DNA of 53,316 nucleotides from Verrucomicrobium spinosum. Lineage in GTDB: Bacteria; Verrucomicrobiota; Verrucomicrobiia; JADLBR01; JAIBCM01. The stretch covers positions 1-53,316 of the forward strand of contig DYRQ01000006.1 in the NCBI GenBank assembly GCA_020718645.1, read 5' to 3'. Below are positions 26,787 to 36,538 of the stretch, piece by piece (the stretch's first letter is position 1; the number at the start of each line of letters is the position of its first letter). Position numbers and translations under genes: made by a program. The notes below the pieces were generated by a model. That model was not told the DNA's origin, searched no databases, and was given only the letters and a program-made list of their open reading frames with translations.

Positions 26787-29700
26787 ATGCCGACACTACC
26801 CGCATCCCGATACAGTCTAGTATTCCAAGTCCTTTTTTTCGTTGGCTTGGGCTGTATCGGATGGCTCACGGCTGACTGGCGGCAAGACTCCGTGGATGCC
26901 GAGATGCGAGGTCGCATCTTGCGCACGGTCGAAGATTTGGCCACGGCCATCCCCCCTCAATCAGCACTGGCTTTGACCTTCACGGCCGATGACAAGTTCA
27001 GGCCCCAGTTTGACCAGATTGCAGTTCTGATGCAGGACTATTCCAAAAGCATCCCCAACAGCGGCATCTACAGCATGGCCATGCGGGATGGCCGTATTGT
27101 TTTTGGTCCGGAAACTTATCCAGAAAATAGCCCGATGGCTTCTCCGCCTGGTTCTCTCTACCTAGAGCCAACCGCAACAACTCTCCAGATTTTCCAAAAT
27201 AAAAAAGCCTGTGTCCAAGGCCCCTACAAAGACGAGTTTGGCTCGTTCATCTCGGGCATGGCTCCTGTCTTACACCCTGAGACAGGGGAGGTGATCTGTG
27301 TGGTCGGCCTCGATGTAGAGGCCTGCTACTATTTGGCTCGGCTGGAGAGAATCCGCCAAGGCGTCTTGGGTGCTTTTGCCGCTTTCGTTGCTATCGTTGC
27401 ACTCGCCCGAGCCACTCTCACCTGGCTCTCGAAAACAACCGCCGGACAAGAACCCAAAAAAGTTTTAATTCTCACGGCTCTCCCTCCTATTGTAGCAGGA
27501 ACAACCATCCTCTGGCTCACTCTACAGTTTTGGGATCTTCAGAAACACACTCAACAAGAGCAGCGCACAAGCACACGCCTGCTGGAACTCAATGGCCGCA
27601 TCCTGTATTACGACGAGGTCACAGCCTTTTCTTCCAAATGGAGTATTCTCACTGGCAAAGAAGGCCAGGGAGGCAACCTCCCCCTCGAAGATCGTTACCG
27701 CCGGCACCGCATTCTACTGCTCGACGCCTTGATTCAGCTCAAAAAACTGCTGCCAAAGTCTTCGCGCATGCAGAACGCTTCTCTCAAGGACACTTATGAC
27801 CGTCTGGACGAACTGCGCCAAGAGGCTTTTGACTTGCTCAAAAGCGGCGATAAGCAGGCTGCGCTGCGGCTGATCACTGGCTGCGAATACCGCCGACACT
27901 CTGAAGCCGTTGCCTCTCTGCTCAGACAGCTAGCCATTGAGATTGAGACGAATCGACATCAAGTGCTCGACGAACTCAGCAACAACCTCCACCAGGTGTT
28001 TGCAGCCCTGCTTGGCGTGTTGCTCTCTCTGTCCATGTTCTGGAGACGCTGGCTAGAGGCGGAGAAAACTGCCCGCGAATCCACCCAGAAAGCACAGCTT
28101 GAACTCAAGCAAAAAATTGAAGAAGCCACCGCTGCTCTCCAGCTAACTAATCGCGATCTCGCTGAGCGGGACGAACGCCTCACCCTGACGCTCGACTCCA
28201 TCAACGAGGCTTTTATTACGAGCAATGAGCAAGGTTTGATTATCGCTTGGAATAAGGCAGCCGAACAGATTTTCGGATGGAGTGCCGCAGAAGCCATCGG
28301 CCAACCTCTTTCCATCATTATCCCCTCTCGCTACCGAGCCAGGCACGAGGAAGGAATGTCTCGTTACCGCAATATGCGGACGACAAAGGTTGCCGGCCAA
28401 TTACTCGAAGTCGAAGGCACCCGCAAGGATGGGAGCGAATTTTCGATGGAGTTGACCGTGAGCCCCTGGGAGAGATATGGCAGCCTATTCTTCACCAGCG
28501 TCGCCAAGGATGTATCCGAGCGAAACAAGACCAAAAATGAACTGCGAAAGCTGAGTCGCGTAGTCGAACAAGCTCCCGTGCCGATCGTAATTACCGACTG
28601 TCAAGGCATCATCGAATATGCTAATCCAGCAACAGCGCAGACTACAGGCTACAGCCTGGAGGAAATCCTTGGAGGCACTCCGAGAATCTTCAAGTCGGGC
28701 ATCTCTCCCGACTCGGTTTATAAGGAGATGTGGGAGACCCTCATGTCAGAGCGCGAATGGCGCGGAGAGATGGCCAACAGGCGAAAAAATGGTGAGTTCT
28801 ACTGGGAAATCGTCACTATTTCCCCCATCAAAAACGACGCGGGAGAGACCACCCACTTCGCCTCGGTCAAACAAGATATCACAGAACGAAAATTGGCTGA
28901 GGAACACCTGCTCCAAGCCAAAACTGAATCCGATGCAGCCAACTTGGCAAAAACCCAGTTTCTAGCTACCATGAGCCATGAACTCCGCACGCCGCTCAAC
29001 GCGGTTCTGGGATACGCCCAAATATTGCTGCGAGAGCACCAGTCAGATGCCAAGACCAGCCGCGCCCTCACCACTATCCTCCGATCAGGTGAACACCTTC
29101 TCTCGCTGATCAACGATGTCCTCGACATCTCCAAAGTCGAAGCCGGCCGGGTCGAATTATTTCCCAAGAATATCCACTTGCACGACTTCCTCGACAACAT
29201 CTGGGCTTTAATCAAACCACGGTTCTCAGAGAAAAAATTAGTGGGTCGAATCGTCCGCGATGAGACGCTCCCTGAAGGCATCCAAGTGGACGAGCAGAAG
29301 TTACGGCAGGTGCTCCTCAACCTCTTGGGCAACGCAGTCAAATTCACGGACAAAGGCTCCATCGAACTCCGGGCACTCTGCCAAGGCGGGCGGCTGATCT
29401 TCGAAATCCAAGACACTGGCCCTGGCATCGCACCCCAAGATCTCTCCACTATTTTTGAGCCATTCCAGCAGGTTGGCTCCATAGAACGGCGCGCCGAGGG
29501 ATCTGGCCTAGGGTTGGCCATCGTCAAGCGAATCCTCTCTCTCATGTCCGGCTCTGTCCAAGCTTCTTCTATCCTTGGCCAAGGCAGCCTTTTCACAGTA
29601 GATATCCCCTTGGTTCCAGTAACGCTGGATCCCAGCGCTATGTCGTCCCCTGTTACCCACTGCCACCCACAAGGCTACGAAGGCCCTCGCAAGAAAATTT

Positions 29701-30341
29701 TGGTCGTGGATGACAAAACCGAAAACCGTAGTTTACTGATGGATCTCTTGCAGCCTCTCGGCTTCGAAATACGCCTGTGCGACAGCGGCAACCGCGCGAT
29801 CGAGACTGCCAGCATCTGGCAACCGCACCTCATCTTTATGGACCTGCGCATGCCCAGTATAGACGGCCTAGAAACCACCCGTCTGCTGCGCAGCTCCATT
29901 CTAGGACCCGGCGTCAAAATCATAGCTATTTCCGCCAGTGCTTTTGATTTGGATCAAGCCGACTGCCTCCAGGCAGGCTGTAATGATTTCCTACCAAAAC
30001 CATTCAAAGAGCAGGCGCTCTTCGATATGATTTCAAGGCACCTCGGCATCACTTGGAATACTGCCCCTCAAACTCAACAGCTTGACCGGCCCATCCCTGA
30101 TTTGGAGTGGGATCCCGGCCACGCCCTACCCAGCAAAGACCAACTCTCCCATCTGCTCGACCTCGCTAAGCGCGGTAATCTCAAACAAGTCGGCGAGCAG
30201 GCAGCCTCCTTGGCGCTGGAAAACCACAAACTCCAGCCGTTCTCGGACAGGGTCGCTAACTTGGTCTCTTCCTACAAAATCAAACTGTTGAAAGAATGGA
30301 TTGAATTGCTGATCAAAACTAATAAAAATAACCCTTTATGA
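26787..30341 (+). CDS. Hybrid sensor histidine kinase (two extracytoplasmic domains, 2 PAS, HisKA, HATPase_c, REC)
   Basis: H-box FLATMSHELRTPL, N-box LLNLLGNAVKFT, DTGPGI, GSGLGL, REC ILVVDD...FMDLRMP...KPF; PAS motifs IIAWNKAAEQIFGW and IEYANPA. Confidence 0.95.
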   Translation: MPTLPASRYSLVFQVLFFVGLGCIGWLTADWRQDSVDAEMRGRILRTVEDLATAIPPQSALALTFTADDKFRPQFDQIAVLMQDYSKSIPNSGIYSMAMRDGRIVFGPETYPENSPMASPPGSLYLEPTATTLQIFQNKKACVQGPYKDEFGSFISGMAPVLHPETGEVICVVGLDVEACYYLARLERIRQGVLGAFAAFVAIVALARATLTWLSKTTAGQEPKKVLILTALPPIVAGTTILWLTLQFWDLQKHTQQEQRTSTRLLELNGRILYYDEVTAFSSKWSILTGKEGQGGNLPLEDRYRRHRILLLDALIQLKKLLPKSSRMQNASLKDTYDRLDELRQEAFDLLKSGDKQAALRLITGCEYRRHSEAVASLLRQLAIEIETNRHQVLDELSNNLHQVFAALLGVLLSLSMFWRRWLEAEKTARESTQKAQLELKQKIEEATAALQLTNRDLAERDERLTLTLDSINEAFITSNEQGLIIAWNKAAEQIFGWSAAEAIGQPLSIIIPSRYRARHEEGMSRYRNMRTTKVAGQLLEVEGTRKDGSEFSMELTVSPWERYGSLFFTSVAKDVSERNKTKNELRKLSRVVEQAPVPIVITDCQGIIEYANPATAQTTGYSLEEILGGTPRIFKSGISPDSVYKEMWETLMSEREWRGEMANRRKNGEFYWEIVTISPIKNDAGETTHFASVKQDITERKLAEEHLLQAKTESDAANLAKTQFLATMSHELRTPLNAVLGYAQILLREHQSDAKTSRALTTILRSGEHLLSLINDVLDISKVEAGRVELFPKNIHLHDFLDNIWALIKPRFSEKKLVGRIVRDETLPEGIQVDEQKLRQVLLNLLGNAVKFTDKGSIELRALCQGGRLIFEIQDTGPGIAPQDLSTIFEPFQQVGSIERRAEGSGLGLAIVKRILSLMSGSVQASSILGQGSLFTVDIPLVPVTLDPSAMSSPVTHCHPQGYEGPRKKILVVDDKTENRSLLMDLLQPLGFEIRLCDSGNRAIETASIWQPHLIFMDLRMPSIDGLETTRLLRSSILGPGVKIIAISASAFDLDQADCLQAGCNDFLPKPFKEQALFDMISRHLGITWNTAPQTQQLDRPIPDLEWDPGHALPSKDQLSHLLDLAKRGNLKQVGEQAASLALENHKLQPFSDRVANLVSSYKIKLLKEWIELLIKTNKNNPL

Positions 30342-31450
30342 CCGACCCATCTCCCACCATCCTCCTTGTGGATGACACCTCGGCTAACTTGGGTGTCTTG
30401 GCAGAAATGCTGGAAGTGTCCGGCTATCAAACCCGTGTGGCTGAAGACGGTGCCAGCGCCCTCGAACAGATGGAATTCGGACTGCCCGACTTAGTTTTAC
30501 TGGATGTTATGATGCCGGGCATTGACGGCTTCGAAACCTGTCGGCGACTAAAAAAAGATAATCGTTTTTCCTCCACGCCAGTTATTTTCATGACCGCCTT
30601 GGCGGAAACCGGCTACAAGGTCCTAGGGTTCGAGGTCGGTGCAGTGGATTACATCACCAAGCCTTTCCAGCATGAAGAGGTTTTGGCTCGGGTGCGCACC
30701 CACCTGGAAATTGTCCGTCTCAGGAAAAATCTCGAGCAACAAAGCGCCCTGAAAGACCGCTTTATGCAGATCGCTGCCCACGACTTGCGCAACCCTCTCG
30801 CCTCTATCCAACTTGCAGGCGATCTCCTCCTCGATATGCTGGGCGATTCATCTTCCCCAGAAGAAATGATCCCCATAGCAGCAGGCATCGCTAAAGCCTC
30901 CCGCAGGATGAACGAGATGATCGGCAGCTTTCTCGACTACCGAAAAGCGGCTGCCAACCGTCTGGATGTCCAGATTACCACGCTCGACCTGCCTGCCCTC
31001 TTAGCCTCTGTCACCGACAACCACCAATCTCTAGCAGACAAGAAAAAGATAGCGCTGGAAACAAGTATCCCAGATAACCTTCCCCTCTGCTCTGGTGATG
31101 AAAACCGCAGCCACCAGATCATCACCAACCTCGTCAGCAATGCTGTAAAATACACCCCCACCCGAGGCCGCGTTTCCCTCAGCCTACTCCCAGAAAATCA
31201 CCATCTCAAACTCGTTGTAGCCGATACCGGCCCAGGCATCCCTGAAAACGAAAGATCCAAGCTGTTTACTGAATTTGCTTCTATCTCGACTTCACCGACT
31301 GGTGGAGAACAGAGCACGGGAATCGGTCTCTGGATTGTGCGAAAAATGGCTCAAGCTCAAGGTGGAGAATGTGGAGCAGATTTCCCTCCCAGTGGCGGAT
31401 CGGCATTCTGGGCAACATGGCCGCTGTCTCTCCCTGCAGCCCAAACCTAG
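30338..31450 (+). CDS. Hybrid response regulator/histidine kinase (REC-HisKA-HATPase_c)
   Basis: ILLVDD, LLDVMMPGIDG, ITKPF, AAHDLRNPL, NLVSNAVKYT, DTGPGI, GIGL; ATGA overlap with the upstream kinase. Confidence 0.93.
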   Translation: MTDPSPTILLVDDTSANLGVLAEMLEVSGYQTRVAEDGASALEQMEFGLPDLVLLDVMMPGIDGFETCRRLKKDNRFSSTPVIFMTALAETGYKVLGFEVGAVDYITKPFQHEEVLARVRTHLEIVRLRKNLEQQSALKDRFMQIAAHDLRNPLASIQLAGDLLLDMLGDSSSPEEMIPIAAGIAKASRRMNEMIGSFLDYRKAAANRLDVQITTLDLPALLASVTDNHQSLADKKKIALETSIPDNLPLCSGDENRSHQIITNLVSNAVKYTPTRGRVSLSLLPENHHLKLVVADTGPGIPENERSKLFTEFASISTSPTGGEQSTGIGLWIVRKMAQAQGGECGADFPPSGGSAFWATWPLSLPAAQT

Positions 31451-31536
31451 AGCCCTAGAGATTCGCAGCTCTGGCTACCTGCAAGTGCCCTTGTGCCATG
31501 CACGGAATCCTGAACAAACGGCTTGTTGGGCTCAGC

Positions 31537-31788
31537 CTAAAACCCAATCGGGATCGCCTCGTCTTTCAAAAGCACAGGAATGCCATCCCTGATCGGATAA
31601 ATATATTTCTCGTCCGCCCTCACCAAGCCGCTTTCGATTTTATCCCGAACCGGTTTTCCCCCGCGATTGTTTTGGACTCCATTGGTGATGGCTCGATTGA
31701 TGGCACTAATCTGCACCGGATGAGCCACCATGAGTTCTTCATGGTTGTCAGGGCAGCACAGCATTTTCAGAAGCGTGGCGTCTATCAT
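31537..31788 (-). CDS. Trm112-like protein (YcaR family)
   Basis: LLKMLCCP at the N terminus and YPIRDGIPVLLKDEA at the C terminus; start moved to 31788. Confidence 0.88.
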   Translation of the reverse strand: MIDATLLKMLCCPDNHEELMVAHPVQISAINRAITNGVQNNRGGKPVRDKIESGLVRADEKYIYPIRDGIPVLLKDEAIPIGF

Positions 31789-31918
31789 GCCCTCCATTCT
31801 CCCCCCATGCAGCCGCCTCGACAAGCCAGAAACACCGCTCACACCCCATCCTCCTCAACCTTGTAGTTGTGATTGTCAACGGCACCATCCTAATGCTATG
31901 AATCAGCATTGAAGTGTT

Positions 31919-34900
31919 TTGAACTCTGAAATCTACATCCATCAGGAGGGGCAAGACCTCGGTCCATTTACTCTGGAAGAGCTGACCGAGGCCGTTGTTG
32001 CGGGCATGGTTCAACCTGACGAATGGGCCTACACAAAAGACGGTGCCGACTGGGTCTCCGTCCTCTCCATGCTCCCTCCAGACACTGCCGCTTCGGTGCC
32101 CCGCGCTACCTCTGCCGGTGTTCCCGTTATCCTCCCTCCTCCGTCTCAACCACGGCCTGTTCAGAAAATCGTTGAGTTCGACAAAGTCGAGCCCCCCCTA
32201 GATGCCATCAAACAGCCCATACCCCACTCAGCTTCTGCTGGAGGCAAAAGACAGGCCGATAACCCGACACATCCCGAAACTATTTCGGATTCCAGCTTAG
32301 CAGCCCTGATCATCGAACCACCTGCTGAAACGCCCACACAGCTCGATACTCAGAGAGAAATCACTCCCCACACGCCACAACCCCAGCCACCTCCCCAGAG
32401 CGTTGCACAGCCCGACAAAGCTCGCCACGAACTGGAACTCCGCGCCGCTGACTTGGACGCCAGCATCGAAAAAACTCAGGCAGAAAACAGCGCCCTCCAG
32501 AAAGAGCAAACCGCTGCCACCGAAGCGCTCGATGCCCTCAAAGCTAAGATTGCCTCCCTCGAAAAAGAACTCGCCGAGGAGACCGCCAAGCTGGCTGAAG
32601 AACGCGATCGCACGGCTGCCGTGACCGGCAAGGAAAGCGACAAAGAAGATCTCAAAAAACGAATCCGCACCTGTGAAACTGAGATTTCGGAAATCAAGCG
32701 CCTGCGAGGCGAACTCACGGCCACGCGCGAGGCAACAGCTAACAAATCCGCTCAAATCCGAAAACTGAAAGACCAGTCGGACGAGGCCTCCGCCAAAGCC
32801 ATGGCGGAACGAGACGCCCTCAAATCTGAGCTGGAAACCACCCAGCGCATGATCGCGGATTTCGAGGAAACCAAACGCCTCATCTCGGTCAATAAAAACT
32901 CGGTTTACAAGCTGCAGGTGGAGCGGGAGGAAATGCTCGTCCGCATTGCCCAAGCTAAGGAAATCCTTCAGAGACGCCCAGAAGTGGACCAAGAATTAGC
33001 TTTGGTCAAACAGCAGGTGGCCGAAAAGGAAACTCAGCTCGCTTCTGCCACAGAAGAAATCCTCTCCATCCAGTCAAAACTCGGCGAACTCGAGGAAGTT
33101 CGCCTCAAAATCGAAGCTGAGCAAGCCACCCTCGCCACTGTCTCAAATAACGAGCGCCAAGCACAGTCCGAACTCGATCAAGCCCAAGCAAAACTCGCGG
33201 AACTCGAGTCGGAGAAAAAACGCCTTGCAGAGCTTCACACCGAGGAGTCCACACGCACAGCCACTATCCTCGCCCTCCGCTCGGATCTCCAAAAAACGAT
33301 ACAATCCCAAGAGGCAGCCCTCGCTGACATCGGAGCAGAACAGGTTGCCATCGAGACCGAACTCGCCGAAGTCGCTGGCATCCGCTTGTCCATAGACGAG
33401 ACACGAAAAAAACTCGATTCCGTCAGCAGGCAAAAAGACGAATTCGACAAACACCTCGAATCGCTCAAAGAAAAATTGATCGAGGCTCCCACCATCCGAG
33501 AAGCTCGAGATGCCGTGCGCGAACAGCTTCGCAAAACCGAGCAAGAACGCGCCTCGGTCATGGAACAGATCGAAATTGTGGATACCCAGCTCGCTGAGCT
33601 CAACCGCCACAAAATCGAGTTGGAAGAAGAAAAACGCGCTCTCGATAATCTCCGCCGCTCCGTCGCAGAACTCCGCGATACCGCCTTGCGCAAAGAGGAT
33701 GCTCTGGCCGAAGGCTCAGAAATCCGGCTTCGCCTCGCTGACAACAAAGTCCAGCTCGAGCAGAAGCTCAAAGAGAAAGATGTTACTTGCCTCCAGATCG
33801 CCGCCCTCGACGAACGGCTCAAGACCCTCGAAACCCTGAAGGCTGATTTGCTCGAAAGCAGCACTTCCCTGCAAAAAGCTCTCGACGCTCAAGCGGAACT
33901 CCGCAGCAGAGTGGATCAGGCTGAACGCCAGCTTGCCACAGGCGCCGACATCTCACGCCAGCTCGAACACAACCTCTCTCTCGAACACCAGTCCCAAGCT
34001 GTCAGCTCCGCTCTCCAGCGCCGCCTCGATAATCTCAACGACGGCCTCGGCTCCCTCGAGGCCCAGAGAGTCACTCTCACCCAAGTCGAACACCGCGTCT
34101 CAGAAGCCCGCCGCGCTAACGAAGAGCTTCAGTCCAAGGTGCAGGCTGCAGCAGCTCGCCTAGTAGAAAAACCAGAAATCGAAAGCCGCGTGGCCGACGG
34201 CCAACGGGAATTCGACCGCCTCACGGCAGAGAACGAAAACTTCGTGGCTCGCATCGCCTCTCTGGCCACCGAGCAGGAACAGCTCCAGCGCAACCGGTCC
34301 CACTTGGCAGCGCTCGACGAAGAGCTCCGTGCGATCAAATCCGAATCCGCCGCTCTCCAAACCAAAGCTCTCTCTCTCCAAGGAACTCTCTCGGATAAAG
34401 AGCCCATCGAGGCTGAGATTCGTGATCTCCACACCCAAATCGAATCTACCCGATCTGAGACTGCTTTTGCCGTAGCCAAGCTCAATGAGACCCAGACGCG
34501 ATCCGATGATCTCGCACTGAAAAAACAAGTGCTCGAACGCCTCCAAGTCGAACTATCCTCTGCTGAGCATGAGAGGCTCGAGACTCAGACGCAGCTCACC
34601 AACCTACAAGCTTCCCTCGCTGATTTCGATGCTGTCCGTGCTCGGTGCGACTCCCTGCGCGAGCAACTGGACAACGCCCGTTCCGTGGTCTCCGCCTCCT
34701 CCGCCCAGCTCGACGCTCTCAAAGACCGCTCCGCTGAGCTTGAGCGCATGCAGCAAGAACTTCTCGACCTCGAACAAGAACAGCGCCGCATGGAAACAGA
34801 TCGCGCCCAATCCGAACACGCTGCCAACCACCTCCGCCTGCAGCTCGAACAAGTCGAGGATGTCCGCACGCAGCTCGCCACCACCACAAAACAAACCCAG

Positions 34901-35374
34901 TCCCAGCGCGACGATCTCTCCCGCCTCCTCTCCCTCAACCAAGATCAGGCCAACAAACTCAAAGCCGAGCGCGACACCCTCAACGAACGCATGCGCAGCA
35001 TGCAGGATCAGATGCAGGAAATCGAAAACATCAAAGCCCAGCAGACGGCCTGCCTCGAGGATATTACCCGCTGCGACCGCGAGATTACCTCCATCAAATC
35101 CCGCATCGCCGAGTCGGAAATCCAGATCACCGAGATGGACCAGGTCCGCCGCCAACTCGCAGAAACCCAAGCTCAGACAGCCAAGACCTCGCTCGCCCTC
35201 CAAAAACAGCTTGCTGAACAGGACGCACACAACCGCAAACTTGAGTCGGCACGCGACGCTCTTCGCCAGCAACTGGATGCCACCCAAAAAGAGGTCGGCT
35301 ACTTCACTGGCTTGAAAAAACAGATGGCCGACGCCCACCGCTCCACCACGATTCTCGAGTCGGAAAAACGCTAG
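31919..35374 (+). CDS. GYF_2 (DUF4339) domain protein with a very long periodic coiled coil
   Basis: IYIHQEGQDLGPFTLEEL...GMVQPDEWAY...DW (GYF_2), Pro-rich linker, then about 980 aa of E/Q/L/A/K/R-rich helix; TTG start; no TM or signal peptide. Confidence 0.85.
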   Translation: MNSEIYIHQEGQDLGPFTLEELTEAVVAGMVQPDEWAYTKDGADWVSVLSMLPPDTAASVPRATSAGVPVILPPPSQPRPVQKIVEFDKVEPPLDAIKQPIPHSASAGGKRQADNPTHPETISDSSLAALIIEPPAETPTQLDTQREITPHTPQPQPPPQSVAQPDKARHELELRAADLDASIEKTQAENSALQKEQTAATEALDALKAKIASLEKELAEETAKLAEERDRTAAVTGKESDKEDLKKRIRTCETEISEIKRLRGELTATREATANKSAQIRKLKDQSDEASAKAMAERDALKSELETTQRMIADFEETKRLISVNKNSVYKLQVEREEMLVRIAQAKEILQRRPEVDQELALVKQQVAEKETQLASATEEILSIQSKLGELEEVRLKIEAEQATLATVSNNERQAQSELDQAQAKLAELESEKKRLAELHTEESTRTATILALRSDLQKTIQSQEAALADIGAEQVAIETELAEVAGIRLSIDETRKKLDSVSRQKDEFDKHLESLKEKLIEAPTIREARDAVREQLRKTEQERASVMEQIEIVDTQLAELNRHKIELEEEKRALDNLRRSVAELRDTALRKEDALAEGSEIRLRLADNKVQLEQKLKEKDVTCLQIAALDERLKTLETLKADLLESSTSLQKALDAQAELRSRVDQAERQLATGADISRQLEHNLSLEHQSQAVSSALQRRLDNLNDGLGSLEAQRVTLTQVEHRVSEARRANEELQSKVQAAAARLVEKPEIESRVADGQREFDRLTAENENFVARIASLATEQEQLQRNRSHLAALDEELRAIKSESAALQTKALSLQGTLSDKEPIEAEIRDLHTQIESTRSETAFAVAKLNETQTRSDDLALKKQVLERLQVELSSAEHERLETQTQLTNLQASLADFDAVRARCDSLREQLDNARSVVSASSAQLDALKDRSAELERMQQELLDLEQEQRRMETDRAQSEHAANHLRLQLEQVEDVRTQLATTTKQTQSQRDDLSRLLSLNQDQANKLKAERDTLNERMRSMQDQMQEIENIKAQQTACLEDITRCDREITSIKSRIAESEIQITEMDQVRRQLAETQAQTAKTSLALQKQLAEQDAHNRKLESARDALRQQLDATQKEVGYFTGLKKQMADAHRSTTILESEKR

Positions 35375-35407
35375 CACACCAGTCCGCTAGGAATCCTCGC
35401 TGGTTGC

Positions 35408-35436
35408 TTGCTTTTCACCCACGCCTCCCGCAGAGT
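35408..35436 (+). promoter_or_regulatory. Putative promoter of the M42-gloA-rpe operon
   Basis: TTGCTT (35408-35413), 17 nt, CAGAGT (35431-35436), 10 nt, then ATG at 35447. Confidence 0.4.
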
Positions 35437-35446
35437 CTCCCTCACT

Positions 35447-36517
35447 ATGAGACAAGAATCTCTGGCTTTCCTAAAAAAACTCCTCTCCACCCCATCCCCA
35501 TCCGGTTTCGAATCCAAAGGCCAGCGCGTCTGGCTCGATTATGTCGCGCAGTTCGCCGACCTCACTGAGACCGACGCCTACGGCAATGCCTACGCCATCC
35601 TCAACCCCGAAGGCTCTCCCAAAATCCTGCTCGGCGGCCACGGCGATGAACTCGGTTTCATGGTCTCCTATATCAATGACGACGGCTTCCTCTTTTTCAA
35701 AGCCATCGGTGGGGTAGATCTCTCCCTCGTGCGCGGCCAGCGAGTGATCATCCACTCGGCCAAAGGTCCCGTTCACGGCGTCACCGGACTCCTCGCCATC
35801 CATCTCCAAGATCCCGACGACCGCAAGAAAGTGCCCGAGATCCACGACATGTTCATTGACATCGGTGCAACCTCAAAAGCCGAAGCAGAAAAACTGGTCC
35901 GCGTCGGCGACCCTGTCACCTACGACTGCGAACCTGTCATGCTTTCCGAGCACCGCCTCTGCGCCCGCGGCTGCGATAACCGCATCGGCACTTTCGCTGC
36001 TGCCGAGGGTTTGAGACTCGCAGCCGCCGCTGGCTCTAAATTGCGCTGTTGCATCGTCGCCGCCAGCACGATCCAAGAGGAAAACGGGCTCTACGGCGCT
36101 CACATGGCAGGTTATACAATCTCCCCCGATGCCGCCCTGATTGTGGATGTCACCCACGCCACCGACATTCCCGCGTGCAACAAAGCCAAGCACGGCGATG
36201 TCCGCCTCGGCAAAGGCCCGGTCATCTCGGTCGGTAGCGCCAACCACCCGGTCTTGAACCACCTTCTGGAACAAGCTGCATCCCGCAAAAAAATTCCTCT
36301 CCAATACGAGGTCAACCCCCGCTGGACCGGCACGGATGCCGATGCCTTTTTCCTCGAACGCGGCGGTATCCCCACCACCAGCATCGGCCTGCCTAACCGC
36401 TTCATGCACTCGCCCGTAGAGGCCATTGATCTGCGCGATTTGGAGCAGATTGCTGAACTCCTTGCCACCTTCTGCACCGCGGCCAAACCCAACGACCGCT
36501 ACGCTGTGAAAATCTAA
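35447..36517 (+). CDS. M42 family metallopeptidase (TET aminopeptidase-like)
   Basis: TPSPSGFE, GHGDELG, RGCDNRIG, STIQEENGL, IVDVTHA, GTDADAF, RFMHSPVE. Confidence 0.93.
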   Translation: MRQESLAFLKKLLSTPSPSGFESKGQRVWLDYVAQFADLTETDAYGNAYAILNPEGSPKILLGGHGDELGFMVSYINDDGFLFFKAIGGVDLSLVRGQRVIIHSAKGPVHGVTGLLAIHLQDPDDRKKVPEIHDMFIDIGATSKAEAEKLVRVGDPVTYDCEPVMLSEHRLCARGCDNRIGTFAAAEGLRLAAAAGSKLRCCIVAASTIQEENGLYGAHMAGYTISPDAALIVDVTHATDIPACNKAKHGDVRLGKGPVISVGSANHPVLNHLLEQAASRKKIPLQYEVNPRWTGTDADAFFLERGGIPTTSIGLPNRFMHSPVEAIDLRDLEQIAELLATFCTAAKPNDRYAVKI

Positions 36518-36538
36518 CCAACCACCAAAAATACCCCC

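Noticed and set aside
26245-31500. Insertion scars flanking the kinase block (ctctgg...tgcaa on both sides)
   Set aside because: The match is short and gapped, with no integrase or transposase nearby.
31919-35374. SMC/chromosome segregation protein call for the long coiled coil
   Set aside because: No Walker A/B, ABC signature or hinge domain.
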